Assembly (NCBI GenBank): GCA_030264375.1
Contig: JASCQW010000119.1
Location: 12,294,535 to 12,358,534 of the forward strand
Reading direction: 5' to 3'
Source: Carcharhinus longimanus
Taxonomy: Eukaryota
DNA: 64,000 nucleotides
Of this stretch, positions 25,105 to 37,489 are shown piece after piece. Both the position numbers and the translations under genes were made by a program. Within the stretch, counting starts at the first letter, position 1, and every line of letters begins with the position of its first letter. The notes under the pieces are model-generated. The model saw nothing but the letters and a program-made list of their open reading frames with translations, was not told the origin of the DNA and searched no databases.

Positions 25105-26928
25105 TTCAAACGAGAAGCAGGAGTAGGCTATTTTACCCTTCGAGCCCACTTCACCATTCATTTTGATCATGGCTGATCATTACATTCAATATCAAGACCT
25201 CCCCTTACCCTCATATCTAAGGATCGCTTTAGCCCCTAGAGCTATATCTAATTTCTCATTGAATTCACACCGTATTTTGGTCTAAAATACATTTTGCTGG
25301 AATGATTGTCACACAGTCACCACTCTGGTTGAAGAACGTTCTTGCCACCTCCGATCCGAGATGTTTACACCTGATCGTCAAATGGTGGCCCCTCGTACTG
25401 GCTTACTCCGCCATTGGGAACATTCTTTCGGTATCTCGAACGTCTAACCATTTTCACATTTTTAAAGTTTCTTTGAGATCTCCTCTCATTCTCCTAAGCT
25501 ACAGTGAATATAATCCTAATCGATGTAGTCTTTCCTCATATGACAGACCTGCCATCCCAGGAATCAGCCTAGAAAACCTTTGCAGAAATCCCTCGATAGC
25601 TAGGACATTCTTCTTCAGATAAGGACACCAAAACTGCACATGGTACTCCAGATTTGGCCGCAGCATCGCCCTATACAGATGCAGCAACACACCCCTATCC
25701 CTATGCTCAAACTCTCTACTATGAAGCAAACATACCATTTGCCTTCTTTTGTGTCTGCTGTACCGGCACACTTACTTTCAACAACTGACGCACGAAGACA
25801 CTAAAAGTGTCGCTGAGTATGTACTTCATTCAATTTACACCCAATCAAGTAGTAACCTGTCTTCCTAATGTTTCTACCAAAGTGGGTAGCCTCACATTGA
25901 CCTCATTACAATGCATCTGGCATGCATATTCTACACATTCAGCCTATACAAATCACACATCCTTCTCACAGCTCATCCCCATCCTCAACTTTGTATCATC
26001 TACAAATTTGGAGATAATACATTTACTTCCCTCAGAAAAATAATTGACATATTTTGAGAATTGTTGCGTCTGGGCAAAGATGCTTTTGGAACCCCCACTA
26101 GTCACTGACTGTTAAGCAGAAAAAGTCTGTTCAGGTCAACTCATTGCTTTATATCCGCTAAACAGCTTTGTATCCATCTCAACACATTACTTGCAATCCC
26201 ATGTGCTTTAATTTTACATAGTAGTCTGTTGTGTGAGTATGTTGAAAACCACCTGGAATTCTAAGTAAACAATAGCCACTGATTCCCCTTGACATCTCTA
26301 TGAGTTGCATCCTATTCCAATAGAAGAATCCCAATAGATTCATCAAGGGTGGTTTCTCTTTTGTTAATACGTGATGACTTTGTCTGATAGCCTTCCAAAT
26401 GCTGAGTTATGAAATCCTTGATAATGAACTCTACCTCCTTCCCCAGTACTGAAATTAGGCTCACTGGCCTACAGTTCCATGTTTCCTCTCTAGCTCCCTT
26501 TTTATATGTAGCGGACTTACATTAGCTGCCTCCATTCTGTAGGGGCCAGTCCGGCAGAATTGGGGAAATAATTTATTTCTAGGACCACTTCCTTGAGTAC
26601 TCTGCAATGAAGATCATCAGGCCGCAAGGTTTATTCAAGTTCAATCCCATCGATGTCTCCAAAAGCATTATTCTATTAATGCTGAATTCCTTCAGCTCCA
26701 CAGCAAAACGTGTTTCACTCTGAACTCTCGTACATTATTGATGCTTCCCTTTGTAAAGCCTGAAGCAAAGTAAGCTTTTGTTTGTTGGGTATAAATTCTC
26801 CCGTTTCTGACTGGATGGGGCTGTTTTTGTCAATTGTTTTCTCTTTACATACTTATAGAAACATTCAGTCAGTTTTTTATGTTACCCATTTCTTTCATAT
26901 TATGTTTGTCCCCTCTTATCAAATCCCT
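25105..26928 (-). mobile_element. CR1 LINE inserted into the 35-bp satellite
   Basis: LYRAMLRPNLEYHVQFWCPYLKK...FSRLIPGMAGLSYEERL; 3' UTR at 25110-25190. Confidence 0.85.
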
Positions 26929-29000
26929 TGCATCAATCATTGAGCTCCAATAGACAATTATTTCTAGTAATAAATCGAGTTACCCTTGTCCAACTCTGTC
27001 CACCAATCATTGAGCGCCTTGGGCCAACAGTCTCCACATATCATGGAGTTCCATTGTGCAACGCGCTCCATAAGTTATCAAGTTCTCAACTTCAAACTCA
27101 CTCCGAGCATTATTCAGCACGTTTCCAGCGCATGGCATCGATCATTGAGCTGATTGGCCAATACTCTTTATCAATCAGTGAGTGCAATTGTTCAACTCGC
27201 TCACCAATCTTTAACTCCCACTGATCAAATCCCTGGATCAATTACTGAGTTCCTAATTTCCTAGTGCCTCGATGAATTTCTGAGCTTCCATTGATCCACT
27301 CTCTCCATCACTCATTGAGCTCGAATTGCCCTGTTTACTTCACAAACCATTGAGAGCTCATTGTCCACTAATGTCGAATGATTGAAAGCATAATATACAT
27401 CTCTGTCCATTAATCATTGAACTTTCATTGTTCAAGTGTCTTTTCAATCATTGACGATCCGTTATCTAACTCTCTTCATCAATGATACAACACTCATTGT
27501 CGAACACTCGAAATCCATCACTGAACTTCAATTATCCAACTCCCTCCATCCTTTGAAACACTGCTCTCCAAACATTAAACTCCCTTTGACAAAATCTCTC
27601 TATCATTGATCTTGTGTTGTTGAGCATTCTCCATCAACCATTGTGATTCAATTTTACTACTCTCTCCATAAACCATTCAGCTCCCAATGCTCTACTCTGA
27701 CCATGAATCATTGAGCTTCTTTTGTTCAAATCATTCATCATGCACTGAGCTCCCATTGGACAAACATCTCCATGAACCTTTGAGCTGTAATTGTGCATAT
27801 CTCTCCACTAGTAATTGTAAAAAACATTATTTACAAATGCAGTGGGATGCACGCACACATCAAGTGTGTGTGTGCCTGTGTGTGTGTGTATGTGTGTGTG
27901 TGTGTTTGTCATACTTCCAGATTATTATTTTGTGATGGCTAGTTTTGGAACCTTGTATTTCAACAGCTTTTGACCATTGACTGAAAGCGCTAACATTGTG
28001 CAATTTTAATTGTAAGTCAATGACCATTCTTTACCGATCCTTTGAGCTGCCATTGTGCCAAGTCCCTCCATGAGTAACTATGAAAACATTATTAACAAAT
28101 GCACTGGGATGCGCGCACACATCGTGTGTGTGTGTGTGTGTGTGTGTGTATGTTATATTTCTAGATTATTATTGCGTGTTAACCAGCTCTGGGAACCTAT
28201 ATTTCGCCCAGTGACTGAAAATGCTAACACTGCGATTTTAATTGTAAATCACTGACCATACTTTACCCTTTCTGCACATGGTTCAATTAACTCATGTTGC
28301 CTTACTTTCCCAATCACTCAAGAGCCCCTATTGTCAAATGTTCCTCGAGTCATTGTCGCTCACAATGTTCAGCTCTCTCCATAAATCATTTGTCTCACAA
28401 TGTTTATATTGTTTCACCTTCAATCATTTAGTTAATTCCTGTTTCTCCACTCTTCATTCATCAGGGGGTCAGTTCCCTTTGCCCAACGTTCTGCATCATC
28501 CTAACCCATTATACTTAATAAGTTCGCATGCTTATTTAAACAACTCTTCAATTTCATCTCTCTTCAACAATCTGGGGATTTACATCTTTCCAGGCCACCG
28601 TTCACTGCGCTCCAGCTGTGCAAATGTCGCCCAGAACTGGAGTCCCATTTTAACCTGCTCTCGTTATCCAATTGTATCCATTATTCGGTGAGCTCTTTTT
28701 GTGCCCATTTCCCATTGGCTTCCCATTACACAACCCATATCAATCACTCATCAAGTTCTCCAAGTTCGACTGCTGTACCAAAGCTCAATTAATTCACCCT
28801 TCCTACCTCACTTAACTAATTGCCATTGCTCAATTCTCTCCATCAGTAAATGCCTGCTTATTCAATCCTTTTCATCGAGAATTAATTACCATTTACAATG
28901 TTTCTCAACTTTCGACATTGAATGAATTGACACCCGTGCTGCACTCATTGAGCAGCGATAGTCCAAATGTTCCGCTCACCAAATGAACTCTCATAGTTTA
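26929..29000. repeat. Degenerate ~35-bp satellite, right part
   Basis: Same unit as 22790-25070 resumes right after the LINE. Confidence 0.75.
27778..28267. repeat. Local tandem duplication (about 230-260 bp x2), each copy with a (TG)n run
   Basis: 27778-28036 and 28041-28267 share aaacattatt.acaaatgca.tgggatgc.cgcacacatc...agattattatt...gactgaaa..gctaaca...tgaccat.ctttacc. Confidence 0.85.
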
Positions 29001-29754
29001 GCAATCTCCCAACAAAGTTATTTCTTTACCTGAAATATCTCTGTGTTATTGAAGTATTGAACTCCCTTCATAACCCAATAAACTGAAATTCACCAGTTCC
29101 TTTAGCACCCGCGCAGATTATATCTCTGTTTCATCCAATGTGGTCAGTTGGGCCGGCTTTTGTTTACACATTTTTGTACAGCTCAGTAGTTTTCTATTTT
29201 CCCATTATTGCATTCTATAATAGTCAATCAACGAGCTCAGTTGTTCAAACCTCTTTCTGTCAATTCTGAGATTTCTAATTATGCTTCCTCTGGACCAATG
29301 TTTTATTTCTATGTTTGTCCCATGTCCATTTCCATTTGCTTATAACATATTTCAATTTATTATTCAATCTCTTTGAGTCTTCCAACCATCAGACATCCTC
29401 TACATTTTTCTTCCCCACCAATACCGGCACCTGCATCAAACATGTCACATTTCTTACATTTTTGTCGTTGTTACGATAAATCATCCGTTATAAATATTAC
29501 CTCATATTCTGTCCGTAATGCTGCATGTGCAGCTAATTATTAACAACCGTTTTTGTTCCTATTCGCGTAAACTGTCCCATTCTCAAGGAAATTTCTTTCA
29601 ACAATTTTAGCCATTACCAGAAGAACTCCCGTTTGTTTTGACAGTCTGTACTGGGTCGTCTTCTTTTTCTCCCTCATTAATTCCCAATGCTTTTACAGAG
29701 GTTCGCGCATTCATAAGGATAACTCAGAACCAGGATTCCTCCCCAAACTCCAAC

Positions 29755-30295
29755 ATCACACACAGACACACACACAAACACACACATACACACACACACG
29801 TAAACATGAGAGACAGTCACACACAAACATGCGCAAATGCACAGATACATCAATACACTATCTGTGAGTACAAACACACGGACACACACAAATGCATAAT
29901 GTACTGGCGTGCACAAATACAAAACACACACATAAAATCCAGATGTATACAGCCACAGATACAAAGGCACAGACAGACACGTACATGCACACCAACACAA
30001 AATCTCACGGAGATACATGTAACCTACGGATACACTCATGTACACAAAGAACCCCGATCAAATTTGCAAAACCCCACACGCACATTCAGACATGCACACA
30101 CTCACGGGTGTAAGTTCAGAGCCACAGTTAGACATATGCATATGCAAAGGCATAATATTATTAAGCCCACAAATATGCGCATCCACTGACACACACTGTT
30201 ACGTTCACTGGCACACAAACTAACACTCCCCATCCCCCGACCCTCACCCACAGCCCACACACACACAGTCACAAACGCAGAACATCCACATTCTG
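29755..30295. repeat. Degenerate CA-rich simple repeat
   Basis: Imperfect (CA)n tract; it explains the spurious H/T-rich and C/V-rich ORFs. Confidence 0.85.
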
Positions 30296-30350
30296 AGATG
30301 AAAGTAAAATAGGATTTCACCGATTGCGTGACTATCTTCTAACCACGTAC

Positions 30351-30420
30351 CAGTCACACCGACAGCTGCCAGTGAGTGGTAAAACACCTCCTGCACCAAT
30401 AATAAGACCAAACCTCCCAT
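30351..30420 (-). CDS. GPR139-like GPCR, coding exon 1 (MGGLVLLLVQEVFYHSLAAVGVT-)
   Basis: ATG at 30418-30420, 23 codons plus 1 nt, donor G|GTACGT. Phase 1 joins exon 2 to give VFYHSLAAVGVTANLMTIIIL (TM1 with GxxxN); total 316 aa. Confidence 0.85.
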
Positions 30421-30502
30421 CCTTAGAGAGAGGGAGTAGCGTACGCTGCAGTTGAAGACAGCTGCACTCTGAAACACCGAGATGGAGTGTGCCAAGCATC
30501 AC

Positions 30503-30551
30503 CTAATATAAACCCAGGAGTACCTCCCAGTGAGACTGGGAGCTCAGGGGA
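30503..30551 (-). promoter_or_regulatory. Candidate GPCR proximal promoter block (TATA-like/TAAT core plus EBF/O-E-like sites)
   Basis: Lies 83-131 nt upstream of the ATG. 45/49 identical to the paralogous copy versus 59/80 in the adjacent flank (manual count). Contains CCCAGGAG, TCCCAGTGAG and TCCCCTGAG (minus strand). Confidence 0.45.
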
Positions 30552-30929
30552 CTTTGCATTAGTGGCAGTTAATGCAGCAAACAAACGAGACAAGAGCCCT
30601 ATAGCTATCTTGATCCAGAGGGAGAGCTTACATCGATAATGATCTTTTTAAAAATACACGGAAACATTGTAATAACAAAGGTTTCTTCAGTCTTTTCGAA
30701 ATGACTCATTTATCATATTTCATATTTCATTAATTCGTCCTTATTAACTCAGGCTGCTTGATAGGCCTTGCTGTGGAGGCTATGGCTTCAATCTCTGGAA
30801 TACATTAGATGACTTCAGGACAAGCTACAGAGTCCATGGAATATTTTGAAATTGAAGTCCATGTTGTACGCTATTTCCACACAGCAATTGCCCAGTTCAC
30901 AAATGTAAGGCAATATGAGTTGAATTCAT

Positions 30930-31810
30930 CGGTTCCAGAGAAGGCCACTCAGCCATCAATCAGACGCTGCCATTCAATATGACCATTACGGATCTGATGG
31001 TGCCGTTAATATTACGTTCTGGCTTCCTCATATTACCTTTCACTCCCTTCTAAATACAGCAATTCTGTTCAAATCAGCCTTGAGTGTGGTTAATGACCTA
31101 ACTTCATGTTTTCGCTGAAGTAAATAATTCCAATGTTAAATAACAGTTGAGAGAGAGAAAAAAAATCTCTTTACAATCTCAGGTAAATTCCAGATCTATT
31201 CTTTGCAAACTCTGTTCCTTACAACTGTCATCATTCCCCATCCCTTCAACATTGACCCTGTCAAGCTCTCTCAGGGTAATTTATGTTTGAATCAGATAAT
31301 CTTTCAATCATCTAAACTTCAACCTATCTAACCTTTCCACGTAAGACAACAGCTTAATTCTAAACAACAACTAAGTGTATCTTTCCTGAACTATATCCAT
31401 TGTAATTATATTTGTTGTGAAATTAGGGGATTCAAACTCTATGCACTACACGTGAAGTGGCAACAGCAGCACCATAGACAGTTGAAGCAAAACTAGTTTA
31501 TGTTTCAGACCCCTGAAATAGTTGCCTAAACTCCATTTACTTTTAATAAGTGCGCGAGCATATTAATTCCTTTTCAGCTAACTCGAGTACTTTCTCTTTG
31601 AACCATAGAAGTCTATATTCTCCCTTCATTTACATAAATCTTTTTCTTCTATTTTTCCTTCCAAAGTGCAGTACTTCACATATCCCGTTATCATATTGCA
31701 TATTCCAATTTTCAGGCCACTAGATTCACAATTGCAGGTTGTTTTTGTGTCCTACTCAAAACTTGCTTTCCCTCCTATCAAATTATGGTCAGCAAATTTG
31801 GCTACAACGT
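30930..31810 (-). mobile_element. Old CR1 3' fragment shared by both duplication copies (copy B about 41570-42440)
   Basis: Reverse-complement CR1 3' UTR/RT motifs (ccattcaatatgacc, ttccaaagtg..gtacttcaca, tcagcaaatttgg). Confidence 0.65.
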
Positions 31811-32194
31811 TATCTGATTTTGATTTGATTTATTAACACGAGATGGGTGGATATAGGAGATTGTTTTAAATAAGGTTCATTAGCGTCCCTGGTAAGGTAA
31901 ATGGATATGGTACGATAATAGTGTTTTTTCTCTTTTCATTCACAGGTTTAAAGTCGGTCCGCCTTGTTGTCCAACGAGGGGCATACACGCCAGGGGTCGT
32001 ACTTGGGCTGCTCTTGATTGTTCGAGATTGGCCTAGTGCTTCATGTCGTTAGTGTGTGCTTAAACTGGACNNNNNNNNNNNNNNNNNNNNNNNNNNNNNN
32101 NNNNNNNNNNNNNNNNNNNNNNNNNNNNNNNNNNNNNNNNNNNNNNNNNNNNNNNNNNNNNNNNNNNNNNTGTGTGCTTAAACTGGACCAGATG

Positions 32195-32530
32195 CTGGGC
32201 AACACGACAGCTCAGTGACTATCACTGATTGCTGTGCAGACACATGGGTTTGGGCCAGCGTCTGTGGGAGTTTGCGCGTTCTCCCTGCGCTTGCGTGGGC
32301 TTTCTCCGGGTGCTCCGGTTTCCTGCCACACCCCAAAGATGTGCTATTAGGCTGATTGGCAGTAACAAATTGTCCCTAAATTAGTTTCCCTCAATGTAGA
32401 TGACCATGAAACATTAGATAAGGATTATGGGTGGAGGGAGGGGGGTTGGGGGGGAACTGGTCGTGTTAAAATGGCGGCGCGGGCTCGTTGGGCCGAAGGG
32501 CCTGTTTCCCGGGCTGTTTTTGTTCTTTGT
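32195..32530 (+). mobile_element. HE1-type SINE (copy A only)
   Basis: gggcaacacgacagctcagtg...gggtgctccggtttcct...gggccgaagggcctgttt. Confidence 0.8.
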
Positions 32531-32539
32531 TCTTTGTAT

Positions 32540-32805
32540 TAACGTACAGTGAAAAGTGTTGTTTCTTGCACACTGTACAGACAAAACATAGATAAGAAAA
32601 CGAGAGAGTGCAGAATGTAGTGTTACAGTCATAGTCATTGTGCAGAGAAAGATCAAATTCATGCAAGGTACGTCCATTCAAAAGTCTGACAGCAGCAGGG
32701 AAGCCGGTTGGTACGTGCCCTCAGACCTTTGCACCATTTCCCACAGAAAGAAGGTGGAAGAGAGAATATCTAGGGTGCGTGGGGTCCTTGATTATGCTGT
32801 ATGCT
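32540..32805 (-). mobile_element. LINE 3' end fragment, probably Rex1-type (copy A only)
   Basis: tacagtgaaaagtgttgtttcttg...ccattcaaaagtctgacagcagcagggaag; absent from copy B. Confidence 0.5.
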
Positions 32806-33189
32806 TTGCTTCAGTCGAGTCATTTGAATAGATTATGATCGGCTGGGGTCCTGGCACCAATCTCTCTGGCATCCCATTCCTTGCAGTTCATCAACATGTT
32901 TAAATTGATCCGTTTAGCTTCATGTTTCCTCTCAGTTAGCAGGGGGTGATGTTGCTGACATTCCCATGAGCTCTATTTTTCTGTGGTAACGTTTTAATTG
33001 CATTTGCCCCATTCGCTGGACAAGTTATGAGGGAAACGCAATAGATTTATTTGTAATGGTTTCATTCTGAATTGTACAGATTGGCTTTTCCCTGACACAT
33101 TAGGCGAGATTCTTCAGCCTCCCAGCACATGAATCCCGCTGGCGTGATCGATCCGAGAATTGCAGCCAGAGTATTTGAATTGGTTAACA

Positions 33190-33680
33190 AGCATCATTGC
33201 TTTTGGCATTTGATCCTGTTGCAAATTCACTTTCCCCGCTTGGCGTCAGGATGACATCCAGCAGTTCCAACGGCATGCCACCATTCGCCTCTTTGGTTGA
33301 TTGGCGATACCCACTAGTGAACATGCATGTGTCTTCATGCTATGCTTCCAATTATCATCAAAACGACTATCAACACATCACTTGATCTTGCTTTCTTCAT
33401 CCTGCAGCTGATCCACAGGACTGCATACATCTTCGGTCCTATGAATTGACGTAGGTCAGCAAAGTTGCGTCTGCTTGATAAGTGCTGACACACCCAGGAA
33501 ATCTCTCTTTGAGAAAACTGTTTCATCAATGATTTTATCCTTTCCTGTGATGTCCAGACTGTGAATATTTTCTTAATAGTTCTAAGCTGTCTATATTTCA
33601 CAGAGGTGAAGTAAGGTGTTGAGGATATTATTTTCACAAAGCAGTATCTTGCTGCTCGCAGTCATATGATGCGGTTGCTT
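33190..33680 (-). mobile_element. RTE-clade LINE RT C-terminal relic (also about 42830-43310)
   Basis: Merged translation TLVYDNIILSTFLH...LDIxGKDKIIDETVFSK...ALIKQxQL...RIEDG.NPVD.L.DE...RFDD.WK.SMK resembles RTE KxxVYxxxxLSTLLY...LxIxWxDKIxxxEVxxx...RMEDGRIPKDLLYGE...RFKDxxKxxMK. Confidence 0.65.
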
Positions 33681-34644
33681 AAAAAGTCAATTAGTCTGCT
33701 AAAAATGATTACTGCTTATCTTCATTAAGGATCAAATATTTCGCCTTGAAGCAATTGAAGCCACACCCCCGAGAGCAATACCCATCAAGAATGAATGTTC
33801 CTTTTTGCGCCTGTTTACAGCAAAGTGTACCTCTCTGTACAGGGTGCAATGCTGAAAGTTGTAATCAAAACGCAAAAAAAGGTACCATATAATAGTAGTG
33901 ACAGAGGGCTCGATGCTGGACCAGAAAGCAGGGGACGAACCCCCCACATCAATCAACAAAACTCCATGCATATTGACAACAGCAATTCCCAAGAACAACC
34001 AGCCAATCACACAGCTATTCCTGATCACGATGGGAGCTATGTCGTCCTCTTTCATCACCAGGTTTTTAATGAGGCTTTTTCACGGAGAACAACTAAATGG
34101 TATGTGGAAAACAGGCTATGTGTGCAGTGCTTGTAGCTGCATTGAACCAGCCTAGAGTGATACTCTGATTAAGAGCCACTGTTCATTTCCTTTCTGGATA
34201 TTCTGCAGAGTTTGCCATCTGACCTGGTAGGCAAGTAATATCCTTCCAGAAATGCAAACCAGGAGAATCGAGAAGAAATACAAAGTGGGGCTTGGACTCA
34301 ACATTTTATTCAGCCTGAAACTGTCAGAAGTTGTTCCCTAAACTGCACAGAGCTATTAATGTTGTCATGAAAATAGTGAATGCAAAGCAGGGCCTTTGTT
34401 CGGCAGTCAATTTTCTCAATATGCTGTGCGGTGCTGCTCTGGTGGAGATGTTAAATTTTTTCGTGTGAGCTGTGAAAACAAGGTAGAAAGTTCAAATTTG
34501 CCCCTCGTCTTTCTCCTTTAGCTCACATACGGACAGGATCAGAAGTATAGGCGATCTATCTGCAATGAAATCGAATCGTTGCTCATGGATAAACCCAGTC
34601 TGAAAGTAGAATAATCCTTATCAGCATCAACATTGGGATTCACT

Positions 34645-34965
34645 GTGCGTTGCACAGTTGTAGGCACTACTGCCTCATAACGCCTGAGACCAGTGTTCAA
34701 TTTCAACCTTAGGTGACTGCCTGCGTGGAGTTTGCATGGTCTCCCTGTATCAGCTTGTGTTTCCTCTGGGTACTTCAGATCTCTCCCACAATCCAAGGAT
34801 ATGCAGGTTAGTGGATTTACTATGCTAAATTGCACCTTAGTGTTAGGCGGACTTGGACGGTAAATACTTGGTATTACATAGATATGGCCTGGGAGGGATT
34901 GTTGTCTGTACACGCTCAATGACCCGAATGGCCTCCTTCGGCACCATAGATTCCACGATTCTGTA
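34645..34965 (+). mobile_element. HE1-type SINE predating the duplication (paralog about 44525-44850)
   Basis: SINE present at the same position in both copies. Confidence 0.75.
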
Positions 34966-37489
34966 GACAACTTCACAGTAAACCCTATACTGGGTGTAAC
35001 ATCCTCTGCCACATTTCTTTTCGTGGAAGGTATTGATTTTTTTTTGGCGGGGGGAGGGTCGACGTATCCTGTGGAATATGAAATGAAACGTCGCCATAGT
35101 CTAGGTTGNNNNNNNNNNNNNNNNNNNNNNNNNNNNNNNNNNNNNNNNNNNNNNNNNNNNNNNNNNNNNNNNNNTTGAGAAGGTAAGGACTTCATGAACG
35201 GTCTCAGCCTGTGCGTGAATGGAATCCACAGATTAGTGAAAATTTCTATAATATGATTCCGCCCTCCAGCCAGCTGAGCTAATTGAACCCCCTTTAGAAT
35301 ATATATTTCTCACAATAGAGCTGGAGGCCTTGAAGGCGCAACAGTTAGTAGGAATGTGTGCTCATCAGTGTTTTGTCCGGCATAATTTCATTTGCAAGAG
35401 CCCTGTTCCCCTTTCTGAGAGATCCGTGGCCTATCTATACTCAAAGCATGAAAAGAAGCTGCGGGAATTTGGTCAGTATGAGGTTTGACCCTCCTGCCTC
35501 GGACATCATGTCATGGGAAAGGTAAGTGGAAATGGACAAAACTGTTTACCATTGATGCTGCCATGAGATCAGTATAACTCGTATTTCCTCGAGAACAATC
35601 ATGCCACAAGATCCCCTGGAGACTTCCACGATGAGAACCTGAGTACCAAGTGCAGCTGATCGCCTATGGAAGTGGCTCTCCCCACATCAGTCGTACAAAA
35701 GCGCCATACAGGTTTGCACTGCTACCTCATAGCTCCAGCGAACCAAGATCCCCTTTCATGTCTGAGGAGACGTGAAATAGCCATGGTGACGGGGATAGGG
35801 TGGTGTGTGGTCCTGGGTAACATTTTTTTTTCGTAGAATCGGTGCAAAGGTAATGCGCCGAATTGTCTCCTTCTTCGCAGTTGTTGTTCTATGCAATTTC
35901 TATAACACTGACCATGATAGATCACACAGCGTCGCACCAGGGTCAAGATGCAATAGCTTAAGATTTTTCATTCACGAAGGAAAGGCTGTCCCGATGTCAA
36001 TGCCAGGCATATAGCTGGCCCGGAAGAAAACTACAGTTCCGAAACTCGATTGACAAGACAATTCCCAGCATTTCCGCTTGGGTCGCTGATGCGAAAGTGA
36101 GCAATCTCCAAGGAAGCATTTCTAATAGCGCATTAAAAACATGGGAAGCAGGAGTGGAAATCCACTGACTGATTTGAGACTAACTTCATTGTTATAGAAG
36201 CTGACATTAGAGACCAGATAAAATACAGGAGAGATCCGAAAGAGAACAATCTGATTTTACTAGCTGCCAATCAAAGTAAAGTCCAGCAACTGCTAGGCTC
36301 TGCGCAAGGGAACACTAATTACAACTTTGCCAGTTTATTCCGCTGTGCTTCGACACTGGGAATGCTCGGTGAATGTTGGGATCCAAAAGGCAACAGGCCC
36401 CATTGTGATCATAGACAAGGGAGATCATCAACTGCATTGTACCGGGGAGAATTGGCTACAACACGGACGTTGATTGGTTCACAACTAAGTTAATGGAATA
36501 TCGCCATAACTGTCTAGGCCAACATTTACTCTCCAACGATAATTGCCCTTGAGAAGTTCCCTTCTTGACTAGGGCAGTCCTTGTAGAAAAGTACATGTTC
36601 ATTGTCGTTAGCGAGGGTTTTCCGCGATTATGACCCAGAAACAGTGATTATATTTCCAACTCAGATAGCGGATGCCTCGTACGGGGACCTCCAGATGTTG
36701 ACTTCCTGATGTAACTGCTGCACTCGTCTTATTCGCTGCAAGAGGTTTCAAATTTGGAGGTTGTTGCCGAAAGAGCCTTGGTGAGGGGCTGCAGAGTGTT
36801 TTGCAAAGCCAACATTTAAACTATGCAACCTTTTATCATTTTAATTTATTCTGTTCTGTTTGCAACGTCCATCATTCCAGGTAATAATATATCCCCGAGG
36901 TCATCTATGCACCTGATCTGTCAGGTTTCTGGTCAGTCATGTCAAGGTTCAAGACTGGAAAACTCTCCATAACAGTGATTATGTTAGTCCTCACCTCAAA
37001 ATTCTAATTTTGTTCGATTATCGATATCACCATGTTTGCATAAAAACTGAATTGTTACTGCACAGCGAGAAGCCACTCGGTCTTCTTTGCTCGTTCTCTG
37101 CAGCATCCAAACAGTCCCAGCCCATACATTATTGCTCCGTAGCTGTGGAATTCTCTCTCTTCAGTGAATTCCCCAGATCTTTGGGAAGATAAGAATGAAA
37201 GTGCCTCAACTATACTCTCAATTGTAGCATTCGAGTTTATAACCAAGATTTGTGAACATTTAATGTCATCCTATCGCCGACGGTTCTGTTGTGTAATCAT
37301 CTTCAATCAGTGCCCTCTCCTTCTCGACCATTCTGCGAACGGTAACAATTTATTCATAAGTGCACTTGTCCTGACCTCTTACTGGTTTGATCACGCACCC
37401 AGAGGCAAGAATTTGAACGTAAGAATGTCATTTGTTCCTAACATGATTTCATCAATTTGAACATTTTCCACAATATCAATGCTTTGTAC

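Noticed and set aside
29638-30189. 183-aa His/Thr-rich ORF and its Cys/Val-rich antisense ORF
   Set aside because: Products of a degenerate CA repeat.
32053-32188. Identical 18-mer (tgtgtgcttaaactggac) on both sides of a 100-N gap
   Set aside because: Most likely a contig-end overlap, not a target-site duplication.
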